Position numbers and translations under genes: made by a program. A model generated the notes under the pieces. It was not told where the DNA came from, searched no databases, and worked only from the letters and a program-made list of their open reading frames with translations. Positions 8,740 through 13,747 of a DNA stretch of 13,747 nucleotides are shown in pieces. The DNA is from Elusimicrobiota bacterium (GTDB lineage: Bacteria > CG03 > SLGR01 > JBDRKX01). How positions within the stretch are numbered: the first letter of the stretch is position 1; every line of letters starts with the position of its first letter. The stretch covers positions 1 through 13,747 of the forward strand of contig JBDRKX010000097.1 in assembly GCA_043813605.1 (NCBI GenBank), in the 5' to 3' direction.

Positions 8740-9447
8740 ATGGCTAAAGTTTTGGCAAATAATGATATTCTCACTACACAGGAACTGTCTAAGTATCTTA
8801 AATTAAACGAAAAGACCGTCCTGAAACTGGCGCAGACAGGAAAGATCCCAGGATTTAAGATTGGAAATCAATGGAGATTCTATCTTTCAACTGTGGATGA
8901 ATATTTGCAGGATAACATAATCAAAACATCTGCATATAATATAGGCGAAATGATAACCACTACTGATATAATGCCCTTATCAAGATTGACTGATAATTCT
9001 CTTATAAACCTGAATTTGAAATCTATAGGTCATGAAGATGTCCTGATGGAACTTTCTAATATAGCATTCGAGGCAGGGATTGCAGATACTGCTCACCATC
9101 TTGAAATGAAATTGCTGGAACGAGAAAAAATGTTAAGCACTGCTATCGGCAAAGGTATAGCCATGCCACATCCGCGTAATCCGAATGAGGAATTATTCCG
9201 CCGGCCGTGTGTAGTAATAGCGCGCTCTATACAAGGAGTTTATTTTAAGGCTCCTGATGGCAATAAAGTTCATATGTTTTTTATGCCGTGCGCAACAAAT
9301 GTTATGATGCATCTGAAGCTCCTATCAAAGATTGCAAAATTACTTACAGCAAAATATATTTTACAGCGATTTATGAAAGTTAAATCGAAACAGGAATTAA
9401 TAAAACTGCTGCTTGAAAACGAGAGAATAAACTCTGAAGTAAAATGA
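8740..9447 (+). CDS. excisionase-like HTH (HTH_17) fused to PTS EIIA type-2 (PtsN-like) domain
   Basis: N-terminal ILTTQELSKYLKLNEKTVLKLAQTGKIPGFKIGNQWRF, a Xis/MerR-like winged HTH. C-terminal EREKMLSTAIGKGIAMPHPR with phosphoacceptor His144, F.APDG.KVH.FF and HLKLLSKIAKLL. Confidence 0.88.
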   Translation: MAKVLANNDILTTQELSKYLKLNEKTVLKLAQTGKIPGFKIGNQWRFYLSTVDEYLQDNIIKTSAYNIGEMITTTDIMPLSRLTDNSLINLNLKSIGHEDVLMELSNIAFEAGIADTAHHLEMKLLEREKMLSTAIGKGIAMPHPRNPNEELFRRPCVVIARSIQGVYFKAPDGNKVHMFFMPCATNVMMHLKLLSKIAKLLTAKYILQRFMKVKSKQELIKLLLENERINSEVK

Positions 9448-9773
9448 AAAATAAAATATTTATAATATTATTCAATGTTTTTTTACTTTGCATGTTATTA
9501 AATAATGTAATTATTCCTGTGGAGAAGAATGATAAGAATTACAGCAGAGAAGCAGAACAGAGTGAAAAAGAATTAAGAGAATTAAATAAAAAAGGTGAGA
9601 GATATTCATATAAAAATCACGAACTTGATTCCCGGCATGAATATACAGCAAACAAAACCGTAATCGAGCATATCTTTATTATATCGCATACAATTATTTA
9701 TCAGGATACATCATTTTCAAGATATTGTTTGTGGAAAGAGCTGCCAAAAAGAGCACCGCCAGTCGAAATATAA
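9444..9773 (+). CDS. small exported/membrane-anchored protein with C-terminal RAPP motif (putative ribosome arrest peptide)
   Basis: MKNK plus hydrophobic IFIILFNVFLLCMLL, a charged linker and C-terminus LPKRAPPVEI*. ATGA overlap with the upstream stop. Confidence 0.6.
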   Translation: MKNKIFIILFNVFLLCMLLNNVIIPVEKNDKNYSREAEQSEKELRELNKKGERYSYKNHELDSRHEYTANKTVIEHIFIISHTIIYQDTSFSRYCLWKELPKRAPPVEI

Positions 9774-9846
9774 TCCGCAAAATAATATCTAAATATTATT
9801 CATCAACTAATTTCTAATATAGAAAATAATATTCCGGGGAGATTAA

Positions 9847-10083
9847 ATGAATTTATATAAAATAAAAAAACTTGATAAGCAAATATATACTGTTGAAGTA
9901 TCATCATGGGTACTGAGAATGCAGCTTAATAACATGAAAGAATTCACTCAGATAGGTGATGAGAATGTTTATAGCTTCAGAATATCCATGCAGGAAGATA
10001 ATATTCCAAATGGAGGAGAAAAAAAGTTTCAGGAAATATTAAAAGAGAAAGGGATAAATTTGGAATTATATCCCTTATATTAA
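9847..10083 (+). CDS. hypothetical protein, 78 aa
   Basis: Strong SD GGGGAG (9836-9841), ATG start, same strand as the operon. No recognisable motif. Confidence 0.6.
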   Translation: MNLYKIKKLDKQIYTVEVSSWVLRMQLNNMKEFTQIGDENVYSFRISMQEDNIPNGGEKKFQEILKEKGINLELYPLY

Positions 10084-10114
10084 AGGTAAAAGGACCCGGG
10101 GACAGGAAAAGAAG

Positions 10115-10195
10115 ATGTTTATTAATATCTGGCCATATTTTGTCGGCGGCATGATGATTATCACAAGACGGCATAGGAACTTAAACAAGGAATGA
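10115..10195 (+). CDS. putative 26-aa small membrane peptide (not in ORF track)
   Basis: ATG 10115 preceded by purine-rich AGGAAAAGAAG. Translates to MFINIWPYFVGGMMIITRRHRNLNKE*, with a hydrophobic N-terminus and basic tail. Confidence 0.35.
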   Translation: MFINIWPYFVGGMMIITRRHRNLNKE

Positions 10196-10229
10196 AAACA
10201 AAAAGAAAAAAAATAAAGAGGAAAATATT

Positions 10230-11036
10230 GTGTTATTCATAGTAATGCATACCAATGATGAATATCTTAGCAAGATTCATCAATTAATAAAGGAGCAGGA
10301 TGTCATTGAATCTGCCATCGTAGAAAGAGAGGGATTAGGGGCGTCTATCGCAGGCGGAAATGATTTTAATATCTTTAACGCAGGACATATGCTTCCAAAG
10401 TATAATAAAGCAGTGATCGCTGTGATTGAAGATATAAACAAGGCAAAACAAATCCTAAAGGTTATCAATACCAGCATAGATCTAAAAATGCTTAATATGG
10501 AAAATAAAGGTTTTATATGTTCTTTACCGTATAAAGAGATAGTGGGATTGGGAAAAAAGTTGAAAAAAGGAGAAATCATGAAAATATCAGATTATCTTAA
10601 AGAAGATATGGTTATAATGGATCTTAAGGCAGAACAAAAAAACGATGCTATCGGTGAACTGGGAGAAATTATCCGTAAGTCTAAATCATTAACTGATTAT
10701 GATAGTTTCATGAGAGATGTATTTGACCGCGAGGATATGTATACCACTGGGATAGGAAATGAAGTCGCTCTTCCGCATGCCAGGACCGACGCTGTCAATG
10801 ATTTTATTATAGCTTTTGGAAGATCAAAAAAGGGAATAGAATTCAAATCTATTGACCAGAAACCGGTTAAAATAGTTTTCTTAATGGGTACTCCTCAGAA
10901 TTCAGGTATCACGAATTATCTGCATGTTCTTGCGCATTTGAACAGGTTGCTGCAGAAAAATGATTTCAGGCAAGAGTTAATAAACTCCGCCAGTCCTGCA
11001 GAAATAATCGAGATATTTAAAAAAGCAGAGAAGTGA
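10230..11036 (+). CDS. PII-like domain fused to PTS EIIA type-2 domain
   Basis: GTG start with SD AAGAGG. The first ~108 aa align by eye with the PII-like protein at 12253 (EGLG, YNK, G.I.S). The C-terminal half has DREDMYTTGIGNEVALPHAR (His183), GIEFKSIDQKPVKIVFL and YLHVLAHLNRLL. Confidence 0.82.
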   Translation: MLFIVMHTNDEYLSKIHQLIKEQDVIESAIVEREGLGASIAGGNDFNIFNAGHMLPKYNKAVIAVIEDINKAKQILKVINTSIDLKMLNMENKGFICSLPYKEIVGLGKKLKKGEIMKISDYLKEDMVIMDLKAEQKNDAIGELGEIIRKSKSLTDYDSFMRDVFDREDMYTTGIGNEVALPHARTDAVNDFIIAFGRSKKGIEFKSIDQKPVKIVFLMGTPQNSGITNYLHVLAHLNRLLQKNDFRQELINSASPAEIIEIFKKAEK

Positions 11037-11043
11037 ATCTCAT

Positions 11044-12249
11044 ATGGATGCATTACTTCTGATAAGTATAGCGATATTTCTCGGTTTTACCGGAGGGAAG
11101 ATAAGCAATAAGTTTAAGTTTCCTGCTGTTGTAGGGTACATAATTACAGGTATGCTGCTGGGGCCGTCATTGTTTAACATATTTAGCACAAGTACAGTAG
11201 GCAGGCTGGGCCTGATCAGTGATTTTGCTCTTGGGATTGTAGCATTCAGTATAGGCAATGAACTGCGGGTAGGGGTGCTTAAAAGATTGGGGTACGGTAT
11301 AATTACAATAATCCTTGCCGAGTCTCTGGGCGCTTTTCTGCTGGTAGGTATAGGTGTATATCTGGTTACCCATGAACTTTATATAGCACTGATCTTTGCC
11401 GCTTTAGCTCCAGCCAGCGCTCCTGCCGGGACCTGGATAGTGCTCAGAGAATACAGGGCTAAGGGACCATTGACAAATACTATACTGGCTGTTGTAGGAC
11501 TTGATGATGCATTAGCTATTGTGATCTACGGTATAGCGGCGGGAATAGCAAAGGTATTGATTGAACATAAGGAAACGCTGTCTTTTAGCAATATATTAGC
11601 CGGGCCTTTAAAAGATATTTTCGGGTCAATATTATTAGGTGTGATTTCCGGATTAGCGATTTTATATATTCTAAGAAAACTGAACAGCAAAGAAGAATTA
11701 TTTACAATAACCCTAGCCGGGATTCTAGCCTGCACCGGATTAGCGAATATGCTCCATTTTTCAATAATTTTGACTAATATGGTTTTTGCTGTAACTATGA
11801 CAAATATATTTCTGTTTACATCAAGAAAAGCTATTGAATCGATAGAAAAAATTACACCGCCTATTTATATAGCATTTTTTGTTCTTGCGGGTGCGCATCT
11901 TCAAATAGGTATGCTTCCTCAGATGGGATTGTTAGGACTGGTATATATAATAGGCAGAACACTAGGGCTCATGGGCGGAGCTTATACAGGTGCTACGTTA
12001 GCAAAAGCGGATGAGAATGTACGCAAGTATCTTGGCTTGGCTATTTTGTCGCAAGCAGGAGTGGCAGTAGGTTTAGCGATATTAGTCGGCAGAGAATTCA
12101 GCGGGCTGGGAGAAGCCGGCAAAAATTTGTCGTTGCTTGCTATAAATACAATAGCGGCGACAACTATTGTTTTTGAAATAATAGGGCCGCTTACAACAAA
12201 GATTGCTGTTATTAGATCAGGTGAGGCCGGAAAGCAAAACAGGAGGTAA
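11044..12249 (+). CDS. cation:proton antiporter, CPA2/Na_H_Exchanger family
   Basis: About 12 TM segments. Motifs FPAVVGYIITGMLLGPS, AFSIGNEL, ASAPAGT, VVGLDDA, FFVLAGAHL, YLGLAILSQAGVAVGLA and EIIGPL. No C-terminal RCK domain. Confidence 0.9.
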   Translation: MDALLLISIAIFLGFTGGKISNKFKFPAVVGYIITGMLLGPSLFNIFSTSTVGRLGLISDFALGIVAFSIGNELRVGVLKRLGYGIITIILAESLGAFLLVGIGVYLVTHELYIALIFAALAPASAPAGTWIVLREYRAKGPLTNTILAVVGLDDALAIVIYGIAAGIAKVLIEHKETLSFSNILAGPLKDIFGSILLGVISGLAILYILRKLNSKEELFTITLAGILACTGLANMLHFSIILTNMVFAVTMTNIFLFTSRKAIESIEKITPPIYIAFFVLAGAHLQIGMLPQMGLLGLVYIIGRTLGLMGGAYTGATLAKADENVRKYLGLAILSQAGVAVGLAILVGREFSGLGEAGKNLSLLAINTIAATTIVFEIIGPLTTKIAVIRSGEAGKQNRR

Positions 12250-12252
12250 TAT

Positions 12253-12585
12253 ATGAAGTTGTTAGTGATGATATTAAATAAAGTCGAATTAATGAATGAT
12301 TTATTATCTGTGATTGTTGAAGCAGGAATAACAAAAGCGACAATACTCGACAGCGAAGGGCTTGGACAACATCTTGCATATGAAGTTCCTATATTCGCAG
12401 GATTACGAAAACTGGTAGGGGAGAGTAAATCATATAATAAAACAATTTTAGCATTAGTAGATGATGATACAGTTTTAATGGACTTAAAGAAACTTTTGAA
12501 ACAGACAGATATGGACTTTTCAAAAGATGGTATGGGAATTATTTTTTCTGTATCTGTAGATAGTGCAATTGATTTGGATAAATAA
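12253..12585 (+). CDS. non-canonical PII-like signal transduction protein
   Basis: 110 aa with PII-like topology: MKLLVMILN start, AGITKATILDSEGLG, and GMGIIFSVSV in place of GDGKIF. Lacks the GlnB T-loop YRGAEY. SD AGGAGG. Confidence 0.78.
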   Translation: MKLLVMILNKVELMNDLLSVIVEAGITKATILDSEGLGQHLAYEVPIFAGLRKLVGESKSYNKTILALVDDDTVLMDLKKLLKQTDMDFSKDGMGIIFSVSVDSAIDLDK

Positions 12586-12615
12586 TCAAGTGATTTAGAA
12601 ATAGAAGAGGTACTT

Positions 12616-12801
12616 ATGGAATATGGAAAAATGGTCGTTTGTCCGTCATGTAATAAAGAGTTTCTATTAGATGAAATATATGATGCAGGAGATATGATTA
12701 TTTGTATAAATTGTAACGAAAAGCTTAAAATTATCAGTCTTGCCCCGGTAACATTAGAAAGCAGTAAACCTTCGAAAAGTTCTCAAAGAAGTAACGAGTA
12801 G
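12616..12801 (+). CDS. LysW-like zinc-ribbon protein
   Basis: CPSC...GDMIICINC.EKLKIISLAPVTLE follows the LysW scaffold (CPEC...GE.V.C..C...LEV..L.P..LE) but lacks the terminal EDWGE. SD GAGG. Confidence 0.6.
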   Translation: MEYGKMVVCPSCNKEFLLDEIYDAGDMIICINCNEKLKIISLAPVTLESSKPSKSSQRSNE

Positions 12802-12940
12802 GTCTACAGGACTTTTTCTACCTCAGCAACCGCAGTAGTCCTGTTTCAACCACCGGAGCGTTTTTTACGACGGATTTTGAGCGATTGAGGGTTGGTGGAG
12901 GCAGAGCCAATTCGCATTATGTACGGGAAAAAGAATAAAG

Positions 12941-12970
12941 TTGCAAAAAAAAAAAAAAAAATTGTAAAAT
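12941..12970 (+). promoter_or_regulatory. putative sigma70 promoter with poly(A) spacer
   Basis: TTGCAA (12941-12946), 18-bp spacer, TAAAAT (12965-12970). A17 run at 12945-12961. Confidence 0.55.
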
Positions 12971-13026
12971 ATATTTTAGTTCTCTTAAGGTGAACAGTAG
13001 ATCGAAATAATCAGAAGGAGGATCTT

Positions 13027-13269
13027 ATGCCAGTAAAAAGCGGAAAGACAACAGTAGAAAGTAAAAGTTCAGCAGGCAGGGCAAAAACTGCCTCAGGTCA
13101 AACAGTCAAAAAGGACCCGGTGACAAAAAAAGGAAAAAAGGCTAAAGTTTATAATGAAGACGCGATAAAACTCAAAGCCTATTATAAGTTTCTTGAAAGA
13201 GGGCGAGTCAATGGCAAACATGAACAAGATTGGTACGATGCGGAAAAAGAAGACAAAGACATGTCTTGA
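13027..13269 (+). CDS. DUF2934-domain protein with Lys-rich N-terminal tail
   Basis: EDAIKLKAYYKFLERGRVNGKHEQDWYDAEKE matches the DUF2934 pattern (I...AY...E.RG...G....DW..AE). SD AAGGAGG. Confidence 0.85.
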   Translation: MPVKSGKTTVESKSSAGRAKTASGQTVKKDPVTKKGKKAKVYNEDAIKLKAYYKFLERGRVNGKHEQDWYDAEKEDKDMS

Positions 13270-13398
13270 TTATAACCGTTAATAAATAAGAATTCTTTTT
13301 ATTAAAGATAAAAGATTCCGGGCTTCCATAACCATAGTCCGGTATGATGTCTGCCTTCCTTGGCAGATACCCTAAAGGGCACTTCGCAGCTCGGTGAA

Positions 13399-13423
13399 GT
13401 TTATACTGAGCGAAGCCGAAGTA
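13399..13423. repeat. REP-like short element GTTTATACTGAGCGAAGCCGAAGTA
   Basis: TAC...GTA ends enclose a CTGAG-CGAAGC-CGAAG core. Resembles, from recollection, the CTGAG...CGAAG class of interspersed repeats. Copy number cannot be seen here. Confidence 0.45.
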
Positions 13424-13461
13424 GCTTTCAGCCGGATCGCTCCGCCCAAGCTGTTTCAGTA

Positions 13462-13498
13462 CTCGCCCCGAATAGAAATATGATTTCTACGGGGTGAG
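13462..13498. repeat. palindromic REP-like element CCCCG..TAGAAAT-ATG-ATTTCTA.CGGGG
   Basis: Near-perfect hairpin CTCGCCCCG-AA-TAGAAAT-ATG-ATTTCTA-CGGGGTGAG. Confidence 0.55.
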
Positions 13499-13562
13499 GT
13501 TTTAAACCCTTATAGGTTTTCCATTGCCTGCGTTTTAAACCAGCTTTTCCCGGAATTAAATT

Positions 13563-13592
13563 ATCTTACAAGTCCCGCATGATTATCTTCAA
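13563..13592 (-). promoter_or_regulatory. putative sigma70 promoter of the ncRNA candidate
   Basis: Minus strand TTGAAG (13592-13587), 18-bp spacer, TAAGAT (13568-13563). Predicted TSS near 13556, exactly at the 5' closing stem. Confidence 0.5.
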
Positions 13593-13608
13593 GACTTAAA
13601 CTTTACAC

Positions 13609-13747
13609 CCCACATTCCGCTTGTTGAAGAAGCCTTAAATCTGAATTAAGGATAGCAAAATTAACGGTACAATTCCATCGGTACTTCCAACAACTTCAGT
13701 AGCGTATTCTGCAATTGATTTAACTTAATAGGGAAACAAACTCTCTC
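13609..13747 (-). mobile_element. right end of an IS1634-family-like insertion sequence (truncated by window edge)
   Basis: Terminal sequence CCCACATTCCGC (13609-13620) resembles IS1634-type inverted repeats and lies about 40 bp past the stop of a transposase-like C-terminus. Confidence 0.6.
13661..13747 (-). CDS. C-terminus of putative IS1634-like transposase (partial)
   Basis: ERVCFPIKLNQLQNTLLKLLEVPMELYR* resembles the L..LQ..IL.LL.VP...Y tail of IS1634/IS4-like DDE transposases. Confidence 0.55.
   Translation of the reverse strand, partial: ERVCFPIKLNQLQNTLLKLLEVPMELYR

Larger units (their letters stand above)
13315..13556 (-). ncRNA. candidate structured non-coding RNA (~240 nt), family unassigned
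   Basis: GC-rich island with no ORF. Closing stem AUUCCGGG/CCCGGAAU, several internal helices whose G-U pairs favour the minus strand, a GNRA tetraloop, an upstream promoter and a downstream U-rich tail. Confidence 0.6.

Noticed and set aside
8740..8915. Excisionase-like domain as evidence of a prophage or ICE
   Set aside because: Fused to EIIA as a regulator, with no integrase or phage genes in the window.
6174..11735. Opposite-strand ORFs 6174-6569, 6860-7123, 7931-8137, 9977-10174, 10280-10579, 11040-11258, 11167-11373 and 11526-11735
   Set aside because: Shadows of genes on the opposite strand, with no independent evidence.
12806..12844. 8-bp inverted repeat ACAGGACT/AGTCCTGT after the operon as an intrinsic terminator
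   Set aside because: 23-nt loop and only a very short U tail. Possible but unsupported.
12893..12902. GCCTCCACCA on the minus strand resembling a tmRNA/tRNA 3' end (att-site remnant)
   Set aside because: Only 10 nt, no pairing T-arm upstream and no integrase in the window.
13345..13370. CCAAGGAAGGCAG (minus strand) resembling SRP RNA domain IV
   Set aside because: Missing the CAGG-stem-GNRA-stem-AGCAG arrangement. It is a simple 6-bp hairpin.

Overview
AT-rich bacterial DNA from a diderm, since it encodes an Omp85 protein. 172-5801 is a visibly more GC-rich tamB-tamA-like (AsmA/DUF490 + Omp85) pair. 5933-8447 is an ion-homeostasis cluster: a TrkA-C/RCK_C membrane protein, a short MscS and corA. 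8740-12801 is a probable operon behind a strong sigma70 promoter carrying tandem direct repeats. It encodes an excisionase-like HTH-PTS EIIA fusion, a signal/TM peptide ending in the ribosome-arrest motif RAPP, two small ORFs, a PII-like-EIIA fusion, a CPA2-type cation:proton antiporter, a stand-alone PII-like protein and a LysW-like zinc ribbon. Next come a DUF2934 gene whose promoter spacer is an A17 tract, a ~240-nt minus-strand structured ncRNA candidate with its own promoter and two palindromic inserts, and the right end of an IS1634-like element. The best novelty candidates are the EIIA/PII/RAPP-controlled antiporter operon and the unannotated structured RNA. All family calls come from motif recognition by eye, not database searches.
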